From Oligoflexales bacterium (lineage in GTDB: Bacteria; Bdellovibrionota_B; Oligoflexia; Oligoflexales; Bog-1112), in contig JBGCDR010000156.1 of NCBI GenBank assembly GCA_045105515.1, positions 1-64,000 on the forward strand: 64,000 nt of DNA, read 5' to 3'. Numbering within the stretch: position 1 is the first letter of the stretch; each line of letters begins with the position of its first letter. Shown here piece after piece: positions 48,844 through 59,212 of this stretch. Both the position numbers and the translations under genes were made by a program. The notes below the pieces were generated by a model that was given only the letters and a program-made list of their open reading frames with translations, searched no databases and was not told the DNA's origin.

Positions 48844-50268
48844 TTAGCGTTTCAAGTTTAATACTGTTTGCAACATCTCATCTACTGTAGTCACAACTTT
48901 TGAAGATGCAGTAAACGCTGTCTGCCAGCGTATAAGATTAGTGGCCTCTTCATCTAACGAGACACCTGATACTGCCTCGCGTCTAGACTGTAAATCTGCC
49001 ATTATAATTTGATCGGATTCGTTAACTTGTTTTACTCTTACGGTCTCCATCCCCAAGACGCCGACATAGTCGGCATAATACTCATTTAGAGTTGCGTCAG
49101 TATCGGTAAACACCTTGCTAGACTGTATTCTAGCGATGTTGTTTGCTACAACGTTATCACCAGGAGAATTTTGTAGGCTTGAAGCTGAAATTGCATCTGT
49201 GGAATTTAGTACATGCAAGGAGAGCTTGATATTTTGTGCGGCAAATTTAGGATCTGAAATCGACTCAAAAAAGTTCCTACCATTAGTATTTCTAAATTGT
49301 TCTAATCCAAAGCCTCTTCTATGATTGCCATTCACCAAGTCGACAAACTTTGTTGCCATTTCATTGTTACTTTCAAGCAAGCTCGAAGAAACTACATCGC
49401 GAATGTTAATCAAACCCTTGAGCCGGCCACCGTTCACTGACTCAGTAATATTTCTCTCCGAGCTATCTTCAGAGTCTACTACTATAAGATCAAATAGCCC
49501 TTGGTTGTTTCCATTTTGCCTTACTTTAATACTAGCAGCTCGCCCACGATCAATAAGTTGTACCCCTCCCGGTCCATGAATAGTAACCATGCCATCAGCA
49601 TCTTCATAGTAGTTCATGTCAATTATATTACTAAGCTTTCGAACTAAACGATCCCTTTGATCTCGAAGGTCATTAGAGGGATTTCGCACTCCTACCTCAG
49701 TTTGCCTAATTTGGTCATTTAGATTAGCAATGGTCGAGACGGTTTCACTTGCTTCTTCTGCGGTCATTTTTATATATTCATTGATCCCTTGTCTTTGCCT
49801 TCTAAGCTCCGAATCGATGCGACGAAAGGAATCTGCAATATTTTCACCTTGTTCTTTTACTTGAGTTCGAACAGTTAACTCTTCAGGATATTTAGATAAA
49901 TTTTGCCAAGAAGAAAAGAAGTTGTTTAATTGGTCTGCTAAGCTACTATTAAGTTCAGGGCTAAAGATTTCCCCCAACCTTGTCAGCGAATCCATTCTCG
50001 CTTCACTATCTCCAACATCGTTATGCGCTAGATTTACCTGCCGCTCAATGAACTTATTATGAAAGCGCTCTATGGAACCTACATAGACACCATTACCAAT
50101 CAAAAGACCCGCCTTTTCCATTGGGTCTCTTTGACTCAATCTCACTCGTTGTCTCGAATACCCTTCGGTTTGCGCATTGGAAATGTTATGAGCGGTAGTA
50201 TCAATACCTTGACGGTTTGCATAAAGTGATTCGGAACCTATATTTAGGGAATGAAACAACCCTGCCAT
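48844..50268 (-). CDS. flgK: Flagellar hook-associated protein 1
   Basis: TTAHNISNAQTEGYSRQR, NDLRDQRD and SGVSLDEEATNL motifs. Confidence 0.95.
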   Translation of the reverse strand: MAGLFHSLNIGSESLYANRQGIDTTAHNISNAQTEGYSRQRVRLSQRDPMEKAGLLIGNGVYVGSIERFHNKFIERQVNLAHNDVGDSEARMDSLTRLGEIFSPELNSSLADQLNNFFSSWQNLSKYPEELTVRTQVKEQGENIADSFRRIDSELRRQRQGINEYIKMTAEEASETVSTIANLNDQIRQTEVGVRNPSNDLRDQRDRLVRKLSNIIDMNYYEDADGMVTIHGPGGVQLIDRGRAASIKVRQNGNNQGLFDLIVVDSEDSSERNITESVNGGRLKGLINIRDVVSSSLLESNNEMATKFVDLVNGNHRRGFGLEQFRNTNGRNFFESISDPKFAAQNIKLSLHVLNSTDAISASSLQNSPGDNVVANNIARIQSSKVFTDTDATLNEYYADYVGVLGMETVRVKQVNESDQIIMADLQSRREAVSGVSLDEEATNLIRWQTAFTASSKVVTTVDEMLQTVLNLKR

Positions 50269-50275
50269 AATCTAC

Positions 50276-50836
50276 CTACGCTTTTGCAAATAACTGTGAG
50301 ATTGTTGACTGATTTTTTTTGGCTCCTCTAGAATTATAATTCGAACTATTTTCTTTCTTAAGTTCACTCCAAAAGCGGTAGCTTTCCTGGTGATGATGGA
50401 GAAGCCTTGCAATAATAAACCTATTTTTCTCTATCTTGGGTTTGATCTCTTGATAGAGTGATATCAATTGATCTAATGATCTAATTATCTTGCTCAAAAG
50501 TTCTACTAACACTTGATTTTTAGCGACTATTTGCTTTATAAAATCAGTAAGGTAGTCTTTGATTTCAGTAAAGGAACTCAAGGAGATGTTCTGAGATTCA
50601 GACAACTGACTACAAAAATAAACTAAATTCGACAAACTTTCCTGTAGACCAGATAAGAGTTCATGCTTCTTAGCTCCTACTTTTTCCAAACTTAAAATAT
50701 CATGCTGTATGACAGCTTTCTCCTCTTTAGCAAAAATTTCAGGAAATGAGAGAGCATATTTTTCAAGTTTTTTAAGTTCACCATCGATACACTTCAAGAC
50801 AGAATGAGCATTTACTCGTACCATAATTACACCCAT
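50276..50836 (-). CDS. flgN: Flagellar export chaperone FlgN-like
   Basis: Helical protein between flgM and flgK; EEKAVIQHDI..LE...K, N..II..LL and YNSRG motifs. Confidence 0.7.
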   Translation of the reverse strand: MGVIMVRVNAHSVLKCIDGELKKLEKYALSFPEIFAKEEKAVIQHDILSLEKVGAKKHELLSGLQESLSNLVYFCSQLSESQNISLSSFTEIKDYLTDFIKQIVAKNQVLVELLSKIIRSLDQLISLYQEIKPKIEKNRFIIARLLHHHQESYRFWSELKKENSSNYNSRGAKKNQSTISQLFAKA

Positions 50837-50847
50837 TTATTTCACCA

Positions 50848-51189
50848 TCAATCACTTGAGGCTAGGTGGTCACGGATCGCTTCTTTTAGAATTCCATCTG
50901 CTATTTTTCCAGAGTCAACCTGGTATGTACCATTTTGAATTTTTGCCTTCAACTCAGCAATCTTTTTTTCGCGAACACCTGGTGTTGCCTTTGCAATGTC
51001 ATATGCTTTTTTATGTTGACTCCTCATTGCCCTAGACTTACTTGACAGATCGACATCATAGCTACTGCCTGTGGCTTTGTGCGTTTTACCGTCTGCTTCT
51101 CTAGTACGCTGAGAACCTTTTCCAACTTTCTCAGGGCCTAGGGTAGCTAATTGCCCATTTAAATGGTCATTCTTGGAAACTTTATTCAT
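50848..51189 (-). CDS. flgM: Anti-sigma28 factor
   Basis: VDLSSKSR and VREKKIAELKAKIQNGTYQVDSGKIADGIL motifs; AGGAGG SD. Confidence 0.93.
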   Translation of the reverse strand: MNKVSKNDHLNGQLATLGPEKVGKGSQRTREADGKTHKATGSSYDVDLSSKSRAMRSQHKKAYDIAKATPGVREKKIAELKAKIQNGTYQVDSGKIADGILKEAIRDHLASSD

Positions 51190-51216
51190 AAAATCCTCCT
51201 ATACTTTTACTTTCAA

Positions 51217-51624
51217 TTATTTTATGGGTGGCTTTGCCATTTTATAGGCTTCCATTGCATGATTTTTCTTTATCGTATTTGCTGTAGAACGGGAAACATC
51301 CGATATTTTGGTCAATTGATCAGCAATCATCTTGGCAAAACCAGTTTGATCCTGCTTGGCAATCAGTTTTGCATATTCACTATCTAACATACTTTGATAC
51401 ATATCTTCCGCATGCCCTCCTCCTATGAACTCCGATTTAACAACCGATTTGCGCATACTCTGTAGAACAGTATCAAAGAACAGCGAACTAAAGTCCTTAG
51501 CAACACCTAGGAGGCCTGATTCCTCTCCCTTGACTTTAGTACTTACTGTACCATTATTCCTCAAAGGAGTATTAGGTAATTTCTGCCCGATTTCTTTTGT
51601 AATAGTTTTCATATTCACCAACAA
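51217..51624 (-). CDS. flgJ: FlgJ rod-binding domain only (no muramidase domain)
   Basis: AKDFSSLFFDTVLQSMRKSV...EDMYQSMLDSEYA...GFAKMIADQL. Confidence 0.85.
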   Translation of the reverse strand: MLVNMKTITKEIGQKLPNTPLRNNGTVSTKVKGEESGLLGVAKDFSSLFFDTVLQSMRKSVVKSEFIGGGHAEDMYQSMLDSEYAKLIAKQDQTGFAKMIADQLTKISDVSRSTANTIKKNHAMEAYKMAKPPIK

Positions 51625-51633
51625 TTCCCCATA

Positions 51634-52668
51634 TCAAATAAAAACGATTTCTCCTTGCAATGCTCCAGCTGCGTGAATCGCTTGTAAAATCCCTACCAAA
51701 TCTTTTGGTTTGACACCTAATTCATTTAAGGATTTTACTAAGCTTCCAACAGTAACCTTATTAAGATGGAGCAATGAATGATCCACTTCTCCTGCTTCTT
51801 CATCTTCTGGATTCTTAACTTTAATCGAGAGATCTCCATGTGCAATGGTAACTGGCCCCAGAGAAACATCATTTCCTATTACCACTGTTCCAGTTCTTTC
51901 ATTAAGAACTACTACCGCTTTTCGATCTAATGTGACGCTTAAACCTTCAAGCTCAGCAACAAACTCGACGAGGCGCGAGCGAAACTGGGGCGGAACGCGG
52001 ACCTTAATTGAGGCGGGGTCAAGAGATTTTGCATAGAAACCTTTAAAATAAGTATTTATAGCATGAGATACCCGAGCATTTGTAGTGAAATCTGCCTTTT
52101 TAAGGCTTAAGATCAACTTACCACTTGGTGCTATTTTTGGCAGGAACTCTCTTTCAACCAAACCTCCCATTGGTACAGTTGCAACAGTTAAAACTGAAGG
52201 TCCAACCCCATTGGCTTGACCTATTACAACTGGCCCTTGAGCTACCACATAGACTTGCCCATCCCCTGCTTTAAGCCGGGTTAGAAGCAGGGTACCACCA
52301 GCCAAACTAGTAGCATCTCCATTTGCAGATATTCTAATATTGACACGGTCACCACTTCGAGCAAAAGGAGGTAACTCAGCAGTAGCTAGAACTGAAGCAA
52401 AATTTCCTGATGCAAGTTGCTCAGGATTTGACTTAACACCCAACTTGGTAAGCATTTGCGAAACGGTTTCCCGACTGCTTACTGATGCAGCAGAGTCTCC
52501 CGTTCCAGCAAGCCCAAAAACTACACCATAACCAAAGATTTTATTGCTTCTCACTCCCTTGATATTGGTCAAATCTTTAAGCCGTGCGCGCTGCGCAATG
52601 GCCGAGTTAAAATCATTTAGAATACTCACAAACAAAAATATGATGGTAGCTAAGCTACTCCGCTTCAT
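51634..52668 (-). CDS. flgI: Flagellar P-ring protein
   Basis: RLKDL..IKGVRSN..FGYGVVFGLAGTGD, SLAGGTLL, NERTGTVV and LQAIHAAGALQG motifs. Confidence 0.96.
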   Translation of the reverse strand: MKRSSLATIIFLFVSILNDFNSAIAQRARLKDLTNIKGVRSNKIFGYGVVFGLAGTGDSAASVSSRETVSQMLTKLGVKSNPEQLASGNFASVLATAELPPFARSGDRVNIRISANGDATSLAGGTLLLTRLKAGDGQVYVVAQGPVVIGQANGVGPSVLTVATVPMGGLVEREFLPKIAPSGKLILSLKKADFTTNARVSHAINTYFKGFYAKSLDPASIKVRVPPQFRSRLVEFVAELEGLSVTLDRKAVVVLNERTGTVVIGNDVSLGPVTIAHGDLSIKVKNPEDEEAGEVDHSLLHLNKVTVGSLVKSLNELGVKPKDLVGILQAIHAAGALQGEIVFI

Positions 52669-53692
52669 TGTTTTCAGGTTTATCCTCCGGTCTTGTTAAA
52701 GCTTCAATTTCCTGATTTTTCGCACTCAATTCAGTATCTTTTTGTACAAGCTCTTGTTTTTGTTCCTCAAGTTTCTGGTTGACTTCTGCTACCTTTTTAT
52801 CTGCTTGCTTATTTTTTTCAATCCAAGCTTCTCTTTCTTTTGCCATCTGACGACGCTCAGCCCCTAGTGACTTTAAGCGATTTGCTAGTTGCTCTTTTAT
52901 GTCCATTAATTCTCGTCTTTTCATATCCAACTCAGCAGCAAGTTTAGAATCAGCTTCACTAAAACCACTAAGTCTAAGCGTATATTCATCTTCCCATGAG
53001 CTTGACTTTTTATCGATAGCTTCATCCTCACCCAACTCAACAAAATGTACATCAGCAAGTTGTTTTGTTGTTATTTCATTTGTAACTTGTAAGTTTTCGG
53101 CTGGAAGCCGAGCACTTACTTTTATAAATCTGCTATTTTCTTCGCTGGTAGACTTCCGATTAAATGCTAAAAGTAACTCTCCGTTTTTGTAGCGGTGCAT
53201 TACTTTCATCTTAATATTCTTTAAGACACCCTTTGATTTAAGATCAAAGGGCTCTAAACTTGGCATTGACTTTATAAGCTTATCTTCATCCAACTCATTT
53301 TCTTCATTTGAACCGTCTTCACCCTCTTGATTTTCAGGGCTATTATCTTCACCTAAGCTCTTTTGATTGACAATTTTTATATGCACAAAATCCGAGACGT
53401 CAGGTTTATTAAAAGTGACGAATAACTGGTTATTTCTATCATCAAGATTATATAGGCTACCCGAATTATCTTCATCAGAGGGTAAAGAAATTTTAATTTT
53501 TTTCTTACGAACAAAGACCTCAGGAGATTTAGATTTAGAGTTATTTTTTATTGGATCTTTAAATACCTGCCGCCCCTCATGCCTTGAATATAAATTTGGC
53601 ACTCTACTTTCAATCGTTTGCACCCCCGAAAAACAAGAAACCAGCATTAATAGTTGCATACTTATCAAAAATATATTCGACAAAAGACTCAT
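52655..53692 (-). CDS. flgH: Divergent flagellar L-ring lipoprotein with C-terminal coiled-coil extension
   Basis: Sits between flgA and flgI; lipobox LVSC; SGSLY...LF...VSDFVHIKI; KVMHRYKNGELLL...NEITTKQLADV. Confidence 0.75.
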   Translation of the reverse strand: MSLLSNIFLISMQLLMLVSCFSGVQTIESRVPNLYSRHEGRQVFKDPIKNNSKSKSPEVFVRKKKIKISLPSDEDNSGSLYNLDDRNNQLFVTFNKPDVSDFVHIKIVNQKSLGEDNSPENQEGEDGSNEENELDEDKLIKSMPSLEPFDLKSKGVLKNIKMKVMHRYKNGELLLAFNRKSTSEENSRFIKVSARLPAENLQVTNEITTKQLADVHFVELGEDEAIDKKSSSWEDEYTLRLSGFSEADSKLAAELDMKRRELMDIKEQLANRLKSLGAERRQMAKEREAWIEKNKQADKKVAEVNQKLEEQKQELVQKDTELSAKNQEIEALTRPEDKPENNEAE

Positions 53693-54771
53693 AGGGCTGG
53701 GACCTGCTTAAGTAAATTGTTAGCTACTATTTTAGCTTTGAGATTTTTTTTGGTGGGTTGGTACATTACATCTATAATATCGCCAAGTCGACCATCTTGC
53801 TTTGCTTTTACTTTAGCTGTTACCACATAAGAATCACTGCCAAGCTCCATTAGCACAATCTGGCCTCTATTTATAGCATAAGGCATTTCGATATCAGAAA
53901 ACTTAAGTATTTTTCCCGGAGATACTGGTCTCTTTAAAACAAAACCGTTAATCTCACTAAAATTACCTGGGTAATTGTGAAGGTTCGAATGAATCTTTCG
54001 CCATTCAATCGTTAACGCGTCTTTATTGATAGATCTACCCTTTTGCATTGTTTTCTCGATAACAAGTACTGGTTTCTTAAAAATTAACTTAACTAATACC
54101 AATCTTTTTGTAGGAGCATGGACAGCATCAAAAGGAATCTCCCTAACTTCTAACTTTACATGTTGTCGATATTCCTTTATTAATCGAGAAACAGAGGATT
54201 CTTCTATTAGAGATTTCCAACCGGCAAATTCAAAGTGAAATTCATGAGGTCTTACAATCCATCGTTTTAAGAGAGTTAAAGATTCGACTTTAATTTTTAT
54301 TCCATCTAAAGTCTGACTAAAGTTATTTAATAGGCTGTTAAAAGATTCCTGTACTTCTACAGCTAATATTTCTAGAGCCGAACTACTAATTTCGACATGA
54401 CTACGCTCATCATATTCAAAATCTAAGTTAGGATTTTCTTCAAGTAATTGTTCTTTAATTATTGAAAGTGAAACCTTATTTTTTTTACCTGGGCTGGGTG
54501 ATTTCATCAATGTTAAATTTAAAAAATCTTTGCATTCTTCTGACTCAATAGTACAACTTACAAGATCATCAGCTTCAATCCAGTCGGTATCGACGGATAC
54601 AAATTCCTTGAACTTAAGCTTCATCCGCAAATTTGGAATTTTCTTAAAATCTTTAGGAACTTTATCAGTGAAAGACCAGCTGTAATTTTCACCCAAGGCA
54701 GAGTGAGTAAGGAATAAAGATCCTATCAAAATAAAAATAATGTAAACACGAATTACCAAAAAGTCACGCAA
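53689..54771 (-). CDS. flgA: Flagellar P-ring formation chaperone
   Basis: Signal peptide; SAF-like C-terminus AINRGQIV...AKQDGRLGDIIDV. Confidence 0.85.
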   Translation of the reverse strand: MRDFLVIRVYIIFILIGSLFLTHSALGENYSWSFTDKVPKDFKKIPNLRMKLKFKEFVSVDTDWIEADDLVSCTIESEECKDFLNLTLMKSPSPGKKNKVSLSIIKEQLLEENPNLDFEYDERSHVEISSSALEILAVEVQESFNSLLNNFSQTLDGIKIKVESLTLLKRWIVRPHEFHFEFAGWKSLIEESSVSRLIKEYRQHVKLEVREIPFDAVHAPTKRLVLVKLIFKKPVLVIEKTMQKGRSINKDALTIEWRKIHSNLHNYPGNFSEINGFVLKRPVSPGKILKFSDIEMPYAINRGQIVLMELGSDSYVVTAKVKAKQDGRLGDIIDVMYQPTKKNLKAKIVANNLLKQVPAL

Positions 54772-54777
54772 GATTTT

Positions 54778-55557
54778 TTACCTTATATTAGTGGTTGTTT
54801 GAAGCATCTGATCACCCGTTTGAATCACTTTTGAGTTTATTTCATATGCTCTTTGGCCAGTTATCATATTGACCATTTCTTCCACTATATTGACATTCGA
54901 GCTTTCGAGCTGTTGATGCCCCAGCCTACCCATACCATTTTGATTAGGAACACCAACAACAGCCTCTCCACTTGAACGCGAGGGGGAATTGTAATTACCT
55001 CCCAAAGAGACTAAACCGGTAGGATTAATAAAATCTGCCAACAAAATTTGACCTATTTCCTGTGTTTCTCCAGCAATTTTAACAGTAACAGTACCATCAT
55101 AACCAACATGAAAATCTTGGGAACCTTGCGGAATAATTATTTCTGGAATCAATGGATAACCATCCGCTGTTACAACTCTCCCTCCATTGTCCTTACTAAA
55201 GTGACCATCTCGAGTAAATGCAATCTCACCATCATCCTTTTGAATACGGAAGAATCCATCGCCTTCAATCATCAGATCTAGTTCATTACCAGTTACTTGG
55301 ATAGCTCCCTCGGAAAACATTTTGTCGACCGATGAAAGTTTAGTACCGGTACCAATCTGAATACCACTTGGCACAACTGTTCCCGTAGTAGCACTTTGCC
55401 CAGGGGCTCTTAATGTTTGATATAAAAGATCGTGAAAATTTGCCCTAGAACGCTTAAATGCAGTAGTGTTTACATTTGCAAGGTTATTAGCGATAGTATC
55501 AATATTTAATTGCTGAGCTTCCATGCCTGTTGCAGCTGTCAATAACGATCTAATCAT
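54778..55557 (-). CDS. flgG: Flagellar distal rod protein
   Basis: MIRSLLTAATGMEAQQ..IDTIANNLANVNT, FHDLLYQ and LESSNVNIVEEMVNMI..QRAYEINSK motifs. Confidence 0.96.
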   Translation of the reverse strand: MIRSLLTAATGMEAQQLNIDTIANNLANVNTTAFKRSRANFHDLLYQTLRAPGQSATTGTVVPSGIQIGTGTKLSSVDKMFSEGAIQVTGNELDLMIEGDGFFRIQKDDGEIAFTRDGHFSKDNGGRVVTADGYPLIPEIIIPQGSQDFHVGYDGTVTVKIAGETQEIGQILLADFINPTGLVSLGGNYNSPSRSSGEAVVGVPNQNGMGRLGHQQLESSNVNIVEEMVNMITGQRAYEINSKVIQTGDQMLQTTTNIR

Positions 55558-55619
55558 AATCTACTCCTCTTTGTTGGTTCCTATGTGACCCACACAGCTG
55601 CAGGTATTTAATATGTTCA

Positions 55620-56408
55620 TTAGCCTTGAACTTCACCTAAAGTATTATTGGATTTTTCCATCATACTATCATAGTTTTTGATAGCTTGTTGATAAGCCTC
55701 ATAAGATCGATGAGCAAGGATCATATCAGTAAGGTTTTTAATTGCATTTACGTTTGAAGATTCTAGAAAACCTTGTTTAATGCCTGGATATTCCACGGTT
55801 GTAACTTCCTCCTCTAAGCCATTGTAGAGAAAATGGTTCATTCCCACTTTTTCTAAATTTGTTGGGTTCTTGAATTCATTTATTAAAAGGGTATCTACCA
55901 ACTCTCCATCTTGGTAGACTTCACCTAAATGATTAATTTCTACATTTTGACCGTGAAGAAAAATATTACCTTTCTCCCCAAGGACAGGAAAACCATTTTT
56001 ATCAACTAATGCACCATCTTTACTAAGACCAAAAGCACCGTTGCGGGTATAGCGAACCCCTTCTTTTGTGTGGACAGAGAAAAAACCTTTTCCCTCGATC
56101 ATAATATCAAATGGGTTTTTAGTGGCCTGAGGAGACCCTTGGGTCATATCTCTGCTAACACCTGAGACACCAACATATGCTACTTCATTCCCTCGAAAAG
56201 GCATTAATTCCTCAAAGGGAATTTTATAGTTAGCAGGGGGCAATGGATCTTTATAATTCTTATAAGGTTCAGATTCTAGGAGCTTAAATGAGACCTTTTC
56301 ACCTTTAAACCCTGTTGTACTCACATTTGCTAAATTATTTGCGATAATCTCCAAAACCCTCTCTGAAGCTATGGCTCCTGATAAGGGTGTATAGATACTT
56401 TTAAGCAT
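55620..56408 (-). CDS. flgF: Flagellar proximal rod protein
   Basis: IANNLANVSTTGFK, YTRNGAF and QGFLESSNVN motifs; precedes flgG. Confidence 0.9.
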   Translation of the reverse strand: MLKSIYTPLSGAIASERVLEIIANNLANVSTTGFKGEKVSFKLLESEPYKNYKDPLPPANYKIPFEELMPFRGNEVAYVGVSGVSRDMTQGSPQATKNPFDIMIEGKGFFSVHTKEGVRYTRNGAFGLSKDGALVDKNGFPVLGEKGNIFLHGQNVEINHLGEVYQDGELVDTLLINEFKNPTNLEKVGMNHFLYNGLEEEVTTVEYPGIKQGFLESSNVNAIKNLTDMILAHRSYEAYQQAIKNYDSMMEKSNNTLGEVQG

Positions 56409-56465
56409 AGTCCTCTCTCCTGCCTATGAAGATTCCTAGAAGAGTTATCTTGCACTTAACTATAG

Positions 56466-56482
56466 AGCAAGTTTAATGCCAA
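56466..56482 (-). promoter_or_regulatory. sigma54 (RpoN) -24/-12 promoter of the flgF operon
   Basis: TTGGCATTAAACTTGCT with exact GG-N10-GC spacing, about 58 nt upstream of the flgF ATG. Confidence 0.85.
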
Positions 56483-56624
56483 CTCTTATTTCCGGAGTTT
56501 ACTCAGCTTAATCGGATGAAATTTCGCCATATATCAAATTGCCGGTAAATTGAAATAGGATCTTACTAGGAAGTTTGTTTCTTATGTCAAATATTATTGA
56601 TGCCAAATATATGACAAGTTTTTA

Positions 56625-57557
56625 TTAGGTATTCTGGAGTAATTGCAAAGCTACTTGTGGAAGCTGATTGGCCTGGGTTAAAACCGAGGCACCTGCTTGA
56701 TTTAAAATATTCCACTGGGTATATTCTGCAGTTTCATTGGCAAAGTCAGCGTCAATTATTCGCGATCTACCAGCTGATAGATTTTCGATACGAATTCCGA
56801 GATTCCTATCTGTAGCCTCTAACCTATTTTGCAGAGAGCCTAAGGTCGCTCGATAGCTCGATAGCTTATTCACAGCCTCATCCAATATCCTTATAGAATT
56901 CTGGGCAGCAACTTTTGAATCAACGCGCGTCCCCTCTTCATTTGCAGGCGATCCGATTCCCAAAGAGTTCTCTCCGTCTGTCATAGAATTCAGACTTTCA
57001 AAATTGAGACGGATTATATTTACAGGATTATCCAAATCCAAAGAGTCTGTTAATTCATGATAGTCTTTACCGACTTGAATTTCATATGGAGGAAATTGAT
57101 GCTTTTCAAGGATAGGTTCCGGCAAGTTTTCAGATTTACCAGTAAGCAACCTTGTTCCATTAAATTCTGTAGATAGGCTAATTCGATCAATTTCATCTTT
57201 TAATTGCATAAACTCTAGGTTTAAATACCCTCTTTCTCTAGAGCCGATATTATCAGACGCTCCCTGAATCGCTAATTCTTTGAGCCTAATCACTATACTT
57301 CCTATTTCATTCAAACTACCTTCAGCAACTTGAATCAGAGAAACACCGTCAACTGTATTTCGTCTAGCTTGAGCAAGTGACCTAACATCAGATCTTATCG
57401 ATTCAGAGATAGCAAGACCAGCTGCATCGTCTGCAGATTTGTTGATTCTATGACCAGAAGAGAGCCTTTCCATATGCTTTTTGACTCGTGATCCAGACTC
57501 TCCAAAATGGCGCTGTGCGACGAGCGACATGACATTAGTTCTAATCCTTAATGACAT
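56625..57557 (-). CDS. fliC: Flagellin
   Basis: MSLRIRTNV, RLSSGHRINKSADDAAGLAISE, RATLGSLQNRLE and SRIIDADFA...QANQLPQ motifs. Confidence 0.96.
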   Translation of the reverse strand: MSLRIRTNVMSLVAQRHFGESGSRVKKHMERLSSGHRINKSADDAAGLAISESIRSDVRSLAQARRNTVDGVSLIQVAEGSLNEIGSIVIRLKELAIQGASDNIGSRERGYLNLEFMQLKDEIDRISLSTEFNGTRLLTGKSENLPEPILEKHQFPPYEIQVGKDYHELTDSLDLDNPVNIIRLNFESLNSMTDGENSLGIGSPANEEGTRVDSKVAAQNSIRILDEAVNKLSSYRATLGSLQNRLEATDRNLGIRIENLSAGRSRIIDADFANETAEYTQWNILNQAGASVLTQANQLPQVALQLLQNT

Positions 57558-57599
57558 AGAAACCTCTTCACTAGCATTGCTAACAGGAATTTGAAAATT

Positions 57600-58238
57600 T
57601 CATGGATTTTTGACGCTATACCTCAAGAATACATGATTTTTTGACACCTGGGAAGACTCTAGCTTAAGGTCGATATTTGCAGATAAATTTGGATTAACAA
57701 AGGAACTAGCATGTTTTTTGCCCACAATCATGGGAGCAAGAGTCAGCTGAAGCCCATCTACAAGACCTTCTCGATAGAACATCTCATTTATATGACCTCC
57801 TCCAAACAAAACAACCTTTTTAAAGCCTCTACCTTCAAGATTTCTATATAAAAAAGAAGCTGGTTTCTTGTCTCCGTAGGCAATATTTTCTACATTTTTA
57901 TTCCAATGATCTTCTCTTTCAAGCAATTTAGGAGAAACTAATATTCGCTGTACTAAATTTTGGTTCCAGAAATCCAGATCAGGGTCGAAGCCTCTTCTTG
58001 TGAAGATAAACCAGGGTGGGAAAATATCCTTGCAGTTTTTGATAGTCCAAATTCGTTTACTTGCTCTCAAAGTATCAGCACCAATCACCACAGCGTCAGC
58101 TTGTTGAAGCTCTAGTTCCACCAATTCATGGTCAGTCTCATTTATAAAACCACTTGTCATGCGCTCATGGTCAGATTCGCCACCGTGGGAAGATATCTTC
58201 CCATCAAGACTAACTGCCATTATATTTAGAAGGTACAT
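57600..58238 (-). CDS. RibD C-terminal (DHFR-fold) reductase domain protein
   Basis: MAVSLDGKI, DAVVIGADTLR and FGGG...GLVDGLQLTLAPMIVG motifs; no deaminase domain. Confidence 0.85.
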   Translation of the reverse strand: MYLLNIMAVSLDGKISSHGGESDHERMTSGFINETDHELVELELQQADAVVIGADTLRASKRIWTIKNCKDIFPPWFIFTRRGFDPDLDFWNQNLVQRILVSPKLLEREDHWNKNVENIAYGDKKPASFLYRNLEGRGFKKVVLFGGGHINEMFYREGLVDGLQLTLAPMIVGKKHASSFVNPNLSANIDLKLESSQVSKNHVFLRYSVKNP

Positions 58239-58306
58239 AAGAATCGCCCCTTAAATGGCCTATAATAAGCATGGGGACGAAGATTTGGGTAGGAAATTTT
58301 GCTAAT

Positions 58307-58792
58307 TCAGATTGTAGGGAAACATTTACTTAACTCAACTTCGATCTCAGAAGCAGCCACATTTTTTGCGGCACTAATCTCAGATACAACTAATTTTTTT
58401 GATTTTTCAAGGATTTGTTTTTCTCCATAAGACAGATCCTTTGTCTTCTCGAGGGTTTTCAAATCCCGATAAACTTCAGCTACTTCACAGGCTGAGCCTG
58501 TGCGTAACTTTTCATTAAACTCTCGAAACCTCTTATTCCAGGCTCTTTGAGCTATTCTTGCTGGTTTCCTCATGACATTCATAATGTTTTCAATTTCACC
58601 AGGTGTGCTTAAATTTCGAATACCCGCCCGCTTTGTAGCAGAAACCGGTACCATTACAGTTGCACCTGAAGCCATAATATCCATGACATAGCACTGAACT
58701 TGGTGGCCTCCAACATTTCTTGCTTCAATTCCTCTAACTTCTGCGATCCCGTGAGAAGGGTAAACGGCTTTATCACCAGTCTTGAAATTCAT
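58307..58792 (-). CDS. carD: CarD/CdnL-family transcription factor
   Basis: FKTGDKAVYPSHG, WNKRFREFNEKLRTGS and LSYGEK motifs. Confidence 0.93.
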   Translation of the reverse strand: MNFKTGDKAVYPSHGIAEVRGIEARNVGGHQVQCYVMDIMASGATVMVPVSATKRAGIRNLSTPGEIENIMNVMRKPARIAQRAWNKRFREFNEKLRTGSACEVAEVYRDLKTLEKTKDLSYGEKQILEKSKKLVVSEISAAKNVAASEIEVELSKCFPTI

Positions 58793-59212
58793 TGGATTCC
58801 TCTTTTCTTATATAATATTGGTAGCTTGGTAAAAATTGAGTAAGTCAACCATTCTAAAGCCAAGAAGAGGATCTAAAGGGAGTGCCAACAACTACTGCGT
58901 CTTTAACGTCGAATATAACAGCTTAAAATTCTTATTAGTATGCTTTAAAATGCCGTATAAATATAAAAAAAAATTAGGAAAATGTCAAGTAAAATGATTA
59001 ATTCTTAATCACCCCACCTTGGCTAGAGTAACAAATAGCTCCTTCAGTTCCATGATTTAACTTGAGGTATTGCACAAATTAGTATAGGTTTCAGTGTTAC
59101 ACTACTCGCTGTCAAGCTTCGCAAACAATTCCTTTTTGTGAATCGAGTAAAGAAATATATTAGTTTGAGGGGGTTAGCTTGATGCTCCGTCAATCAAAAT
59201 TTGGAGTTACGA

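Noticed and set aside
51217..51624. flgJ as a truncated pseudogene
   Set aside because: Single-domain rod-binding FlgJ is the normal form outside beta/gamma-proteobacteria.
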